Notes under the pieces: model-generated
Told to the model about the DNA's origin: nothing
Databases searched by the model: none
Seen by the model: only the letters and a program-made list of their open reading frames with translations
Source: a virus
Virus record (IMG/VR): IMGVR_UViG_3300032285_000892
Location: 1-64,000 of that record
Reading direction: 5' to 3' (one strand)
DNA: 64,000 nt
In this document: piece by piece, positions 1 to 9,844 of the stretch
Layout: the number at the start of each line of letters is the position of its first letter
Numbering within the stretch: position 1 is the first letter of the stretch
Translations under genes and position numbers: made by a program

Positions 1-1
1 G

Positions 2-1396
2 ATTGCTAAAAGCACTATCAGTTGTCCAGTCTTTGCTCTTAGAGAACAATGTGAAAGGTTTGCTCTTTCTAATGAACTTTACACTTTGTTTTGCCCATAG
101 CTCCTTGATGTAACGACGCTTACGATCAGGAAACGATCCCTCATACACTGCTAGTTTAGTATCACGACGTAGATTAGATAATCTAATGTCTTGATCCCAG
201 TGACTTCTACACTCAGCCAATCTGCTTCTGTATGCACTCAATTCATACTTACCTTCATACTCATTAAGTAAATAATCTCTAAGCTTATACACTTGCTCTG
301 CTGTGAAGAACTTGCAGTTAAGTAGTGTTGGTGTACGCTTTGCCACTGTTGCAAACTTCAACATGTCAGATACTTCCCACTGGTCACCATTGTGATTTTT
401 GATGTGTTTACTATGATTACTATAATAATCAATTACAGCACGTACGTCATCAGTATCTACAATAGTCTCGTTATACTTAACCATCATCTCATTAGCAATC
501 ACCTCAACTTTATTTCTAATGAGTTCTTTAGCTTCCTGTGTATATCGTAATGACTCACGATTAGGTGTAGGAAACAAACCATCTGTCAAGCTGAAGCGTA
601 AACCTATACCAACAGATAGACGCTTGTATGTGTTACCTGACTTATCAGTGAGGTCAAGCTTATCTAGATCTAATGGATAATACACGTTGTCTAAACAAAC
701 ATGCATATAACTATCACGACACAATTCTGAAACTTGATAATGCTCAGCACGATGTATCTTGAAATTGTTATCAATTCCATCTACATTGAAATACACACTT
801 TCAAAGTATGCTAGCTGCTCTTTGATTTTATTCTTAAAATCATAAACATCAACATATTTAACAGGGATGATAATCTTAACACCATTGCGCTCAGCTGTTG
901 GCTTCTCATACAACAAATCTATGGAGTTAGTTTCTTCTCCCTCATACATCATATACTTACGCTCTACACCATTCTTACGACATGTGAAATAGAAACTAGA
1001 AGCATACGCTAATGGAGCTTTGAAACCTAAGCCCATCATACCAAGCTCTGTAGTACTGTTACGCTTGGTTGACTTACCATACTTACTGATGATGTTTTCA
1101 ACATCATGTGCATCTAGTCCTATACCGAAATCCTCCACTGTGAATTCCCATGAACTAGATCCTCCACTTTGTTGTAAACCTACAACAATTGGATCTGTTA
1201 CTCCTGCTCTACGGTGACTGTCAAGTGCATTACTTGCACATTCTCTAACGGTGGAACCGATAGAATCTGAATATAAACTCTTACTCAACATTTGCATCAA
1301 CACCTGTGCGCTGTCCAAGTCTAAGGACATCTCCACAGTATCATGAGACACTCCGTCTTGATAAATTAATGATTGTGTTTGTTTTTCTAATATCAT
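2..1396 (-). CDS. rIIA: rIIA-like protein with N-terminal GHKL (HATPase) domain; 3' end lies outside the window
   Basis: Translated by hand; not in the ORF track because it has no stop. MILEKQ...SKSLYSDSIGSTVRECASNALDSH...VEDFGIGL...YGKSTKRNS...LGMMGLGFKAPLAY matches the GHKL N, G1 and G2 boxes as seen in phage rIIA proteins. The frame is also open at position 2. Confidence 0.8.
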   Translation of the reverse strand, partial: MILEKQTQSLIYQDGVSHDTVEMSLDLDSAQVLMQMLSKSLYSDSIGSTVRECASNALDSHRRAGVTDPIVVGLQQSGGSSSWEFTVEDFGIGLDAHDVENIISKYGKSTKRNSTTELGMMGLGFKAPLAYASSFYFTCRKNGVERKYMMYEGEETNSIDLLYEKPTAERNGVKIIIPVKYVDVYDFKNKIKEQLAYFESVYFNVDGIDNNFKIHRAEHYQVSELCRDSYMHVCLDNVYYPLDLDKLDLTDKSGNTYKRLSVGIGLRFSLTDGLFPTPNRESLRYTQEAKELIRNKVEVIANEMMVKYNETIVDTDDVRAVIDYYSNHSKHIKNHNGDQWEVSDMLKFATVAKRTPTLLNCKFFTAEQVYKLRDYLLNEYEGKYELSAYRSRLAECRSHWDQDIRLSNLRRDTKLAVYEGSFPDRKRRYIKELWAKQSVKFIRKSKPFTLFSKSKDWTTDSAFSN

Positions 1397-1401
1397 AATT
1401 T

Positions 1402-1713
1402 CTAATATTTAACTGGTAAAATCTTTGTTTCTCTGATAATTTCTAGTGCTTGTTCTAACTTTTCTCTATTCTTTGTTACAAAATCTGGATGACTTCTTAT
1501 AACTCTCCAGTTCTTAGATCGTCCAAAGACAACATTTATTGTAGGCTTACCACCATGTTTGTTAGCCCAGACTATACCATGAACGTCTAACACTTGAATA
1601 GTGCCATTACCCGTTCCTTTATAGAACCCATAATATAAATTGTTTTGAGTGGTGTACACTACAAAATCACCTGGTTCTAACTGGTCATTATACTCTGCTT
1701 CTTTGTAAATCAT
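1402..1713 (-). CDS. hypothetical protein
   Basis: 103 aa ORF; stop overlaps and spacing fit the minus-strand operon. Confidence 0.7.
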   Translation of the reverse strand: MIYKEAEYNDQLEPGDFVVYTTQNNLYYGFYKGTGNGTIQVLDVHGIVWANKHGGKPTINVVFGRSKNWRVIRSHPDFVTKNREKLEQALEIIRETKILPVKY

Positions 1714-2426
1714 ATGTCTATCTTTTTAAGCCAATCAATTGTGTAACCATTGTTCTCCTTGATTAGCGTGTTAACTTTTGTAAATACTCCCTCTGTACTC
1801 CATTCACCATTCCTATAAGAAGCTGAAGCTGGATGACTAATTGGAAACTGCCAATCAAATCCTGTTAGATATCTTCTAACCTTCGACGCCTCCTTACCTA
1901 AGAATATTGTAGGAATTCCTGAAAATGCAAACACATTAGTAAACAGATAATCATTAAATGGCTCCCATAAATCTAGATGAGCTCCTGCTTTATTGATTTC
2001 TGTTGTTAATGCGGCATTATACATGAGCACTCCCTGGTGTGCTAGATAGCTGACATCTGGATCCTTAGCTCTATCAAGAGCAAATCCATTGTACAATTCT
2101 CTTTCTATACCACCATAGAACTGCTCCAAGCTTGGCTGTAATGCACCTGTTGTGCTACAGCCCATCAGTAGACCGTCTGCTACTGGAACTCCACTCCTTA
2201 GTACATGATATGGACACATGCCTACAATAATAACCTTCACTTCATTCAGAGGCGTTTCTTTAAAACATCTAAACACATTGTGAGAGAGAGGGACAATCAT
2301 TTTGCCCCTCTTACTCTCTGATTTCAAATGTGCATAGATTTTATCGCACTCCTCACTTTCAATGAATGGTCTCATCTTGTCATGCCAACTCTCATGAAAC
2401 ATATCTTTGAAATTGTCCCAAATCAT
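1710..2426 (-). CDS. ung: family-1 uracil-DNA glycosylase homolog with non-canonical active-site motifs
   Basis: VFRCFKETPLNEVKVIIVGMCPYH, PSLEQF, QGVLMYNAALT, FLGKEA and SHPASAS correspond to the UNG motifs GQDPYH, PSL, GVLLLN, LWG and HPSPLS. Confidence 0.85.
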   Translation of the reverse strand: MIWDNFKDMFHESWHDKMRPFIESEECDKIYAHLKSESKRGKMIVPLSHNVFRCFKETPLNEVKVIIVGMCPYHVLRSGVPVADGLLMGCSTTGALQPSLEQFYGGIERELYNGFALDRAKDPDVSYLAHQGVLMYNAALTTEINKAGAHLDLWEPFNDYLFTNVFAFSGIPTIFLGKEASKVRRYLTGFDWQFPISHPASASYRNGEWSTEGVFTKVNTLIKENNGYTIDWLKKIDI

Positions 2427-3205
2427 AATGATAATTCTAATTGTTGAGTTAATTGTGGTACATTAATGATTGCTGGTTTTCTTTGTGTAATAAGCTCACC
2501 TTGAGCGTTAACAAAGAAACTATGTGCACTCATGTGATCTGTCATCCAGTTAACAGGATGTGTCTCTTTCAATGAGAATGTAGTGTGCTGATATAGCTCC
2601 CACAAACTGCTCTCAGCGCCATAATTGTGTGTAGGTGTATGTAGTTCCTTACGAATGATATTCAACTCACTAGAGCTAATAAATCCTTCTTCTACAATCA
2701 TACGTCCAATCAATTCACCTTGCTGTCTCTTGGTAAGCTCTACTTGCTTCATCAACTCACGTTGAATCTGCATCTCACGGAATGAATCACCTGCACTCTT
2801 GATGTACTCAGTGATGGATTGTGGTGTGAATTCTTGAATATCACCAACATGCTTACGCTTGAACGTACCCATATCACCATTCACCATACCATTAGAGCAA
2901 ATGAATACATGAATACCAATAGCAAACTTCAAGCTCACTTGCTTGTTGTAGCTATTTTGCCATGCAATCTGTATCTGCATCTCACTGTCTGCAATGTTAC
3001 TGATGGTGTATTTACCATTAGCTACTTGTCCATCACCTGCCCAAGTATAAGATTGTCTGTCAAGCTTAAAGCCTGAATTCTCTATACTGTTCAATGTGGT
3101 GTCAATTAATTGTGCGTGACTAACTGGCTTGTAGCGATTAGTCTGTGCTGGTAGCTTCACTGCTACCAAGTCTTGCAATGTTGTTTTATACTCTGGTCTT
3201 TTCAT
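2423..3205 (-). CDS. DUF932-like phage protein
   Basis: YKPVSHAQLI...NSYNKQVSLKFAIGIHVFICSNGMV...FKRKHVG resembles the DUF932 signature (NS.D...G..R..C.NG..H.G). Confidence 0.65.
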   Translation of the reverse strand: MKRPEYKTTLQDLVAVKLPAQTNRYKPVSHAQLIDTTLNSIENSGFKLDRQSYTWAGDGQVANGKYTISNIADSEMQIQIAWQNSYNKQVSLKFAIGIHVFICSNGMVNGDMGTFKRKHVGDIQEFTPQSITEYIKSAGDSFREMQIQRELMKQVELTKRQQGELIGRMIVEEGFISSSELNIIRKELHTPTHNYGAESSLWELYQHTTFSLKETHPVNWMTDHMSAHSFFVNAQGELITQRKPAIINVPQLTQQLELSL

Positions 3206-3375
3206 GATTGTGATATTCTGATTTTAAATCCAAAAAACTTACTTAATATTCCTTCTAGGTTTTCTATACCTATACATTCTACAGAATCTCCTTCTGTAGT
3301 CTCTAAGTATTCTGTCTCTTGTTGTATCTCATACACAAGATCTTCTACAGCTGCTGCTAATTCTTCTACGTTCAT
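3202..3375 (-). CDS. small acidic hypothetical protein (57 aa)
   Basis: Hand-translated MNVEELAAAVEDLVYEIQQETEY...; fills the gap with 4-nt overlaps at both ends. Confidence 0.6.
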   Translation of the reverse strand: MNVEELAAAVEDLVYEIQQETEYLETTEGDSVECIGIENLEGILSKFFGFKIRISQS

Positions 3376-3617
3376 AAGTCTATTAATGTCTGTTTTAACT
3401 TATTAAAATTGTATTTATTTATTTGTAAATGTATATCTAAACGTGGTGGAGAAATTTTAACATTTAAAGTATCTAGTACTAAATTTATTGCAACCCTTGC
3501 ACAATCTCTAGATGTATACTTTCTTGCAAATTCATCACTAATTTCATTCATTAAGATTGAATCAAATTGATCAACTAATTGATTTAGTAATTCTTTTGCT
3601 CTTTCTTCGTCTGTCAT
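3372..3617 (-). CDS. hypothetical protein
   Basis: 81 aa ORF with 4-nt overlaps to its neighbours. Confidence 0.6.
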   Translation of the reverse strand: MTDEERAKELLNQLVDQFDSILMNEISDEFARKYTSRDCARVAINLVLDTLNVKISPPRLDIHLQINKYNFNKLKQTLIDL

Positions 3618-4627
3618 AGTAGTTCTTTTTCTTTTAAATAGTCTTCTATTGCTTGCATACCATGGGCTCTTGCTAAATCAGCCCAATCCTTAATACCCTC
3701 AGCTAAATACTTCCTGGGTACATTACAATAATCAAATCCAAACATCTGTGTGATCTGTTGTGAATTCTCTACGCCTGTTACGTCTGAATCAAATGATAAT
3801 ATCTGACTAGCAGAATTACTCTTGATATACTCAACGTTCTCGACAGAGAAACAACCTAGACCCTCGTTCTGTACAGCACAGCTGCATGGAAAGAGTTTCT
3901 TCATCACCATATAATCCTTCTTTGATTTGTTGATAAATGCTACATCACATAGTTTGATGTCATCTTTACCATCCATTGCAGTAATGGGTACATTGTTAGG
4001 CACCCACTTGTTCTTCTTATCCTTAGCATGTGGACGATATATCTTCCACTTGTCACCATATAGATAACCAAATCTAAGCTCATCTATACCTGCTGAAAAC
4101 AGCTGTTTGTTTAGATACACCTTAGACACACTATAGACATTGTTAGCCTTTAGATCTTCTATGTCTAGATGATACTGAGCCCAATATGCCAATTCCTCTT
4201 TAGTAAACTTCTTTACTACCACCTGAATATTAGAATAAGTCTTAGCCATCTTTACAGGTTGTTTATATTCTGTAATGATACGTTTATACTCTTCTGTATT
4301 GGTAGTTTTAGAAAACCCTAGTCCAAGATCTCTATCGATGACTTCTAGTGTCTGTCTCAAATCCCTGAGATTAAATAACATTCTGACGAAATCAAAACAT
4401 GATCCTCGTTTACTAGTGTCTGCAAAATCAATAAAGGTCAATCTTCCTTGTTTGTTACCAATCATGAAAGATGGATTGTTCTCGTTTCGAAATGGAGAAA
4501 AGGTTATAACATTTGGTACCCAATCAGTATTAGGCATATAATATCTAAAAACATCATACTCACTCACTTTGTCAAGTACCTTCTCTGGAGTGATAATAGA
4601 AGGACGCTTCATTCCGTTAATTGCCAT
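3614..4627 (-). CDS. DNA primase, crAss-type (Toprim)
   Basis: N-terminal SPFRNENNPSF...FIDFA...GSCFDFV origin/Zn-finger-like region; Toprim-like FINKSKKDYM and SFDSDVTG; KDWAD near the C-terminus. Confidence 0.8.
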   Translation of the reverse strand: MAINGMKRPSIITPEKVLDKVSEYDVFRYYMPNTDWVPNVITFSPFRNENNPSFMIGNKQGRLTFIDFADTSKRGSCFDFVRMLFNLRDLRQTLEVIDRDLGLGFSKTTNTEEYKRIITEYKQPVKMAKTYSNIQVVVKKFTKEELAYWAQYHLDIEDLKANNVYSVSKVYLNKQLFSAGIDELRFGYLYGDKWKIYRPHAKDKKNKWVPNNVPITAMDGKDDIKLCDVAFINKSKKDYMVMKKLFPCSCAVQNEGLGCFSVENVEYIKSNSASQILSFDSDVTGVENSQQITQMFGFDYCNVPRKYLAEGIKDWADLARAHGMQAIEDYLKEKELL

Positions 4628-4650
4628 GTTTCTAGTTTTTAGATAATAAG

Positions 4651-4679
4651 AAAGCCCAATCTAATATAGACTGGGCTTT
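4651..4679 (-). terminator. intrinsic terminator-like hairpin
   Basis: AAAGCCCA...TGGGCTTT inverted repeat between the SSB-like gene and primase. Confidence 0.6.
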
Positions 4680-4715
4680 TCTGGTTTCATTTAAACTCAA
4701 AAATAAAGTACAATC

Positions 4716-5576
4716 TTAAAAATCAGCTCCTTCCTCAGAAATTACTTTATCTGATTCTACAAGATTAGAATCAGAATCATAATCATGAAGCTCTTTGAAT
4801 GTATAATAATCTTTACATCCATACTCTCCTGTTACATTAAGTACAAATCGCTCATGCTGTTGTAATTCTTTAGACTTCTTGAATGATACGCCTCTGATTA
4901 CAGCAGGATCATTATAGTTAATTAAACGCATCTTCTTGATAGAATAACCTGGAAAGAATGCTTTGTTGTAAATGTTCTGATAAGACACAGGTCCATCTTC
5001 TTTCTCTAATGTTTTAACTGTTGCTAATACACCAACACTTGCACACCACTCACCACCAATCTCATCTCTCCACTCTTTCAAGTTACCAGCAATAACCTTC
5101 TTCCAATCCAAAGTTACTTCGCAGTCATCTTTAGAGAAATCTAGATTACCTAACCAAGTACGGAAGAATGTGATTAACTCCTCCTCACCTGTATATGCTA
5201 CACGATAGTCACGCTTGCTGAACCAGCTAGGAAGAGTGTCTTCACTACTAGCCCAACTACACATACCAATGCTATTAACATATTGCTTCTTAGTGCCATC
5301 TTTATTAACACGCTTTGTATCTTCTAAGAAGAACGTTGCTTTCTCAATAAAATCACTTTTAACATCTTTTAACCAGATGTCAACTCTCACCTTTGCTACA
5401 CCATCTTTCTCATAAAGATATTCTGTAGCCTTACTATCTTCCTTCAATTCACGCCCAAGTATATCTTTATACTCTTGCATTGTAGGATTAATTGCAATTA
5501 CATCTCCCTCAAAGATTCCTACTTTCTTTGCAAATTCTTTTGCTGTTACTTCTCTTTTTTGTCCTGATACGGCCAT
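4716..5576 (-). CDS. probable single-stranded DNA-binding protein
   Basis: Beta-rich, aromatic-rich 286 aa protein with an acidic C-terminal tail (DYDSDSNLVESDKVISEEGADF), next to an AAA NTPase and primase. Confidence 0.5.
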   Translation of the reverse strand: MAVSGQKREVTAKEFAKKVGIFEGDVIAINPTMQEYKDILGRELKEDSKATEYLYEKDGVAKVRVDIWLKDVKSDFIEKATFFLEDTKRVNKDGTKKQYVNSIGMCSWASSEDTLPSWFSKRDYRVAYTGEEELITFFRTWLGNLDFSKDDCEVTLDWKKVIAGNLKEWRDEIGGEWCASVGVLATVKTLEKEDGPVSYQNIYNKAFFPGYSIKKMRLINYNDPAVIRGVSFKKSKELQQHERFVLNVTGEYGCKDYYTFKELHDYDSDSNLVESDKVISEEGADF

Positions 5577-5601
5577 GGTTTCTAGTGTTTATTGTTAAAA
5601 A

Positions 5602-6273
5602 TTATTTGTAATACTCGTCAATTGTGTCTACTACAGTTTGTAAGTTATTAGGAATCTTGATGCTAGTAAACATTCCATCAGGACTCTTAGCAGGAAACTT
5701 TTTAAACCTATTGGTTACAAAGTTATACGTAGATGTGCCATCTTTATTCTCCTCTACATAAGTGTAAAGACAGATTGTCAATAAGCCCTCTAATACAATC
5801 TGATTGTCGATCAACTTACCTGCTGTCTTGATCTTGTATCCTGTAACTTCACCACCTTCCTCAATAGTCTCTGGATGTGTGAAATAGAACACTTTCAAAT
5901 TGTCACGCAATTTACGAGCCTCTTGAAATAAAGCCACCATATCTCTAGCCATGATGCTAAATTTAGTGAAGCCAACTTCTGTTGCTCGTGACACAATGTT
6001 AAAACCCATGATGTAGTTTGAATCCTCAATCACAATGTTCTTGATGTGTGGTGCTTTCTCAGAGATTACATGTAACAATCGAGTGATCTCAACTGCATCA
6101 TCTAACTCTTTGTAGTTCTTCTTCTCTGTGTTGTACAGAGCTTCAGCTCCTTTGAACGGTAGCTCTTTCTTAGCTACATTAATAATGTAAGTTTCTGCTG
6201 GATTCAGGTGTTTAACTGATGTTGATTTACCTGTACCAGTGGATCCAACGATCCCAATTAGCTTGCTTGCCAT
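5602..6273 (-). CDS. P-loop AAA NTPase (AAA_24 / Sak4-like recombination protein)
   Basis: Walker A GSTGTGKS, Walker B IVIEDS, C-terminal PAKSPDGMF. Confidence 0.75.
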   Translation of the reverse strand: MASKLIGIVGSTGTGKSTSVKHLNPAETYIINVAKKELPFKGAEALYNTEKKNYKELDDAVEITRLLHVISEKAPHIKNIVIEDSNYIMGFNIVSRATEVGFTKFSIMARDMVALFQEARKLRDNLKVFYFTHPETIEEGGEVTGYKIKTAGKLIDNQIVLEGLLTICLYTYVEENKDGTSTYNFVTNRFKKFPAKSPDGMFTSIKIPNNLQTVVDTIDEYYK

Positions 6274-6316
6274 GTTATAATATTTAGTTGTTATTTAATA
6301 CTCTAATTTACGGATT

Positions 6317-7402
6317 TTATGTGAAATTTACAACATTGATTTTGTCTTTATCAAAGAATTCCAACGCTTTATTTAACCATTTTTCCTCTACAGATTCATC
6401 AGTGGACAGTATGTATATAACAGCTTTCTTGTCTGGATTATTATACTCCATAGCCATACATCTATTTATCTTTTGTGCCAAGTTTTCTGCATTACTATCA
6501 AAATAGTTAATAATCACTTTGTTTAATGGTTTGTATGTAACACCTGTATTACCAATCTTTACAACAGCCATGTGATTACCCTCTCCTTCTGCAAACCTTT
6601 TGAAGCCTTCTTTGTCAGGCGATTTGCTATGGTGTGACGGAATCCCTAAACTGTCTGCACTATTAGTAGTACCACAAAATACAAGAACACGTTCGTCCTT
6701 ATACTTCTCTAAAATAACCTTGGTTAATCTAACCTTGGCTATAGATGATTGAATAATCCTCATACGTTTCAAGCGTAAGTGCATTGTGTTCTTACCTTGT
6801 CTCTCTAGTTGATCAATCACCCATGTACATGCATCAAAATGTTTCTTCTCAGTTCTATCTTTACCCTTTAATGTTTGAACTATCTTGTTATCTAGAGGAG
6901 TCTTAATCACTGTGATCTTGTAATCAACAATAACTCCTTCTTGAATAGCTTGTTCAATAGGATAATGAGCTAGCACTGGAAGATTTAGTCTCTGCTCGAT
7001 CTCTGATTCTGTCCAGCTTGATAGAGTACCTGTAAGTCCTAATACTTGTTTGTTATTTCCAAGTAGTTCTTCACAAGCATCTAGCTGCGCATCACTCAAC
7101 AAATGTATCTCATCTATAATTACAATATCATATTTGTTTGCAATATGCTTGTGCAAAGATAAGTGTGTTGTATACGTGATGTTTGAATTATTGTATCCTC
7201 TTGCTTTGAAATCCTGTTCCCAACTATCCTTGATTTTAACGTCAGGATAGGCGATTATGATAGATATATTTGAATTCATCTTTTCCAAAATGTTAATTGT
7301 TGTATATATCTTACCAAAGCGTGGACAGAGATTTAGGATACCCCATTTCTTGTCTAGCCATACCTGCGCAAACTCTCTTTGTCTCTGGTCTCTTAAACTC
7401 AT
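6317..7402 (-). CDS. superfamily 2 helicase
   Basis: Motif I PRFGKI, motif II IIIDEIH, motif III LGLTGT, motif VI-like QKINRC. Confidence 0.8.
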   Translation of the reverse strand: MSLRDQRQREFAQVWLDKKWGILNLCPRFGKIYTTINILEKMNSNISIIIAYPDVKIKDSWEQDFKARGYNNSNITYTTHLSLHKHIANKYDIVIIDEIHLLSDAQLDACEELLGNNKQVLGLTGTLSSWTESEIEQRLNLPVLAHYPIEQAIQEGVIVDYKITVIKTPLDNKIVQTLKGKDRTEKKHFDACTWVIDQLERQGKNTMHLRLKRMRIIQSSIAKVRLTKVILEKYKDERVLVFCGTTNSADSLGIPSHHSKSPDKEGFKRFAEGEGNHMAVVKIGNTGVTYKPLNKVIINYFDSNAENLAQKINRCMAMEYNNPDKKAVIYILSTDESVEEKWLNKALEFFDKDKINVVNFT

Positions 7403-8463
7403 GATAGAAAAAATGATTTATTAACTACAGATTGATAGTCAGACTCTGTCATCTCTTTAAGTCGTGGTAGTTCCTTGAACATACCAATCTGACCTAAGAA
7501 ACCTAGACCTATTCTAACATCGTCCTCACCATAGCTATTCTTGATTAATCTTAAACTTCTAAAATACTTAGCACCATATTCATCTTTAAGCTTATCTAGT
7601 TGATAACCACTAGGGTCTTCCACTTTATAACGCATAGGATCAAATAATGCCACTACAACATCAGCATCGTTCTGTGTGCTTGAACTATCAGCAAAGTCTT
7701 CTAGCTGTGGTTCTACATCACCATTCTTAATCCTCATAGGACTAGAGATGTCACGATTAAACTGACTGACAACAACAGGTGTATATCCAAAGAAGTCACG
7801 AGCATATCTCAGCTCATCAGACATCTTATCAATCGCTGCTTTCTTTGTGGAATAGTCTTTGGTTAGCTTTAATAGACCAATATGATCGATAACAACAATA
7901 GTGATAGTATTACTATCATTAGGTTCATACACTCTATTGTATTTGTCTATCTCATGTATCACACCGTTCTCTTCTGCATGCTCTTTCAACTGCTTAGCTA
8001 TACCTACTGGGTTCTCTGGTCCATCAATGATTGTAATGACATCTTTCATCCTATCAACATATGATTCATATGTCAAGAATAGATCATGCTCATCATGTGT
8101 CATCTTCTCCTTTTGCCAACCCAATAGTTTAGGTACAGATATAATCATACCATGATCCATAAAGATCTTTCTACTCACCCACTTTGCATATTTATATGTT
8201 CTACTACGCTCCATGGATCTATATATAATCTTTAGCTTAATGTCTGTATTATTAGCCTTAGAGATATACCAATCAAATGGATTGAGAACATACGCATCAT
8301 CGATGAAACTAGTCTTACCTGAACCAGTTAAGCCACCCACCAATGTGTACATAGACTTACGGATACCAATGTATCTATTGAGTCTATCAAATCCCATAGG
8401 AATACCGTTATTCCTACCATCAAGTCCGTTCTGAACTTCTTTTGCCAAATCTTGAAAACTCAT
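7399..8463 (-). CDS. dnaB: DnaB-like replicative helicase
   Basis: GGLTGSGKTSF, VVIDHIGL, VVSQFNR, DFADSSSTQNDADVV, LIKNSYG. Confidence 0.88.
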   Translation of the reverse strand: MSFQDLAKEVQNGLDGRNNGIPMGFDRLNRYIGIRKSMYTLVGGLTGSGKTSFIDDAYVLNPFDWYISKANNTDIKLKIIYRSMERSRTYKYAKWVSRKIFMDHGMIISVPKLLGWQKEKMTHDEHDLFLTYESYVDRMKDVITIIDGPENPVGIAKQLKEHAEENGVIHEIDKYNRVYEPNDSNTITIVVIDHIGLLKLTKDYSTKKAAIDKMSDELRYARDFFGYTPVVVSQFNRDISSPMRIKNGDVEPQLEDFADSSSTQNDADVVVALFDPMRYKVEDPSGYQLDKLKDEYGAKYFRSLRLIKNSYGEDDVRIGLGFLGQIGMFKELPRLKEMTESDYQSVVNKSFFLS

Positions 8464-9092
8464 TATATATCCGTGCCTCCCACTGGTTTAGTTGATTCTT
8501 TAATTGTAATACCTTCTCTAACCAGTTCAATGAATGGTTCAAAGCTACGTTGTGTGAGATATGTCAAACTGTTCTGCATGTATTTAAGCTTGTTATCATT
8601 GTTCTTTACAGAGTTCTCTTTCTTCTGCAATACATCAAACTCTAGCGCAGCGATTAGATCATCAGCTGTATATTCTCCTTCAGATAGAATAGCATTGAAC
8701 TTAAGTTTACAGTTCTCTATATCTCTACGTAGAGCTCTGGTACCTGAGAATGTTTTACCTGCATGCTTGAATGTATCAGTACCTGGAAAAGCTTTCCACC
8801 ATCTCTCAAAGTCTTCGGTAGCTGGTTTCTTCTTGATGATTTTCTTATCATCAGGCGCATCCTCTTTGAGAAACTTCAATACATTCTTACCTGTAAGGGT
8901 TAGTTTATTCTCTCCTGATACCAATCCTTTACGATACACGCCTTGACATATAATCTCCATCTTAGCATCGCCTTGGCATACATCCTTGATATCATGGCCT
9001 TCCTCCACCAATTTGAGGAGAAAGACCATGTCAAGAGTGAATCCAGATTTAAGAAGTTCTTTGAAATGATAGAGCGTTAATTTTATGTTCAT
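8463..9092 (-). CDS. possible replication initiator / helicase-loader-like protein
   Basis: FERWWKAFP...KYMQNSLTYLTQRSFE resembles the C-terminal domain of phage replisome organisers; directly upstream of DnaB. Confidence 0.4.
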   Translation of the reverse strand: MNIKLTLYHFKELLKSGFTLDMVFLLKLVEEGHDIKDVCQGDAKMEIICQGVYRKGLVSGENKLTLTGKNVLKFLKEDAPDDKKIIKKKPATEDFERWWKAFPGTDTFKHAGKTFSGTRALRRDIENCKLKFNAILSEGEYTADDLIAALEFDVLQKKENSVKNNDNKLKYMQNSLTYLTQRSFEPFIELVREGITIKESTKPVGGTDI

Positions 9093-9327
9093 AATTTCTA
9101 ATTATTCTTCTATCTATTTTATCAATTAAACTTTCAGGAATACAAACGTTAATCTTAGCTTTTTCTTGTAGAGATTCTAACACTCTTAAATCAAGTTTAT
9201 CACTCATAAAAGCTTCAATTTGAGCGATACCTGGGTCATTTAGTGAGCGATAAAATAGCTCCTTCTCCTCTTGCAAATATACTAAATCTTTGTGAGCCTC
9301 GAGCTCATAGTCTTCGATATGTATCAT
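9049..9327 (-). CDS. hypothetical protein
   Basis: 92 aa ORF in operon orientation. Confidence 0.55.
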   Translation of the reverse strand: MIHIEDYELEAHKDLVYLQEEKELFYRSLNDPGIAQIEAFMSDKLDLRVLESLQEKAKINVCIPESLIDKIDRRIIRNYEHKINALSFQRTS

Positions 9328-9557
9328 TATTCTTTATCATTATAATGTTCGTATTCTCTAAACTTTGGGTCCAAGGTGCGTCCTTCAGTATCCCAATACT
9401 TTTCACATTTATCCCCCTCACGAGGTGATTCAGCAAAGACAGATTGTCTAAACTGATTCCACGGTGCTGTGTGTCTGTAGCACCTAAACTTCACAGGACA
9501 TTGCATGTCCATACACATTGTTATATCAGCCATTGTTTTGTTGTTTAGTAATTCCAA
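9327..9557 (-). CDS. small Cys-containing hypothetical protein
   Basis: DITMCMDMQCPVKFRCYRH...CEKYW; four Cys that could bind metal. Confidence 0.6.
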   Translation of the reverse strand: MELLNNKTMADITMCMDMQCPVKFRCYRHTAPWNQFRQSVFAESPREGDKCEKYWDTEGRTLDPKFREYEHYNDKE

Positions 9558-9844
9558 TCTTCAGCATGATTATCTGGACTATTAATACTTTTTTCCCAAG
9601 CTTTGGCAAACCATTTAGAAAAACCTTTTTTTCTTTTCTCTTCCTTTTTTGCCTTTTTATCTTGTTCTTTAACTACCAACATAATCTCTCTTGTTAGTTC
9701 ACCTGCTGTTTTAGTTCCATCAAGATTCCAACGTATAATAGCTGCTTCTATAGCACTATATAATTCATCTTCAGTCATTTTCTTTTTGTTTAAATAGTTC
9801 ACACATTCCGTGTTCTTTGTCAAAAAAAGTAGCAATTCTTTCAT
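9545..9844 (-). CDS. hypothetical protein
   Basis: 99 aa ORF in operon orientation. Confidence 0.55.
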   Translation of the reverse strand: MKELLLFLTKNTECVNYLNKKKMTEDELYSAIEAAIIRWNLDGTKTAGELTREIMLVVKEQDKKAKKEEKRKKGFSKWFAKAWEKSINSPDNHAEDWNY

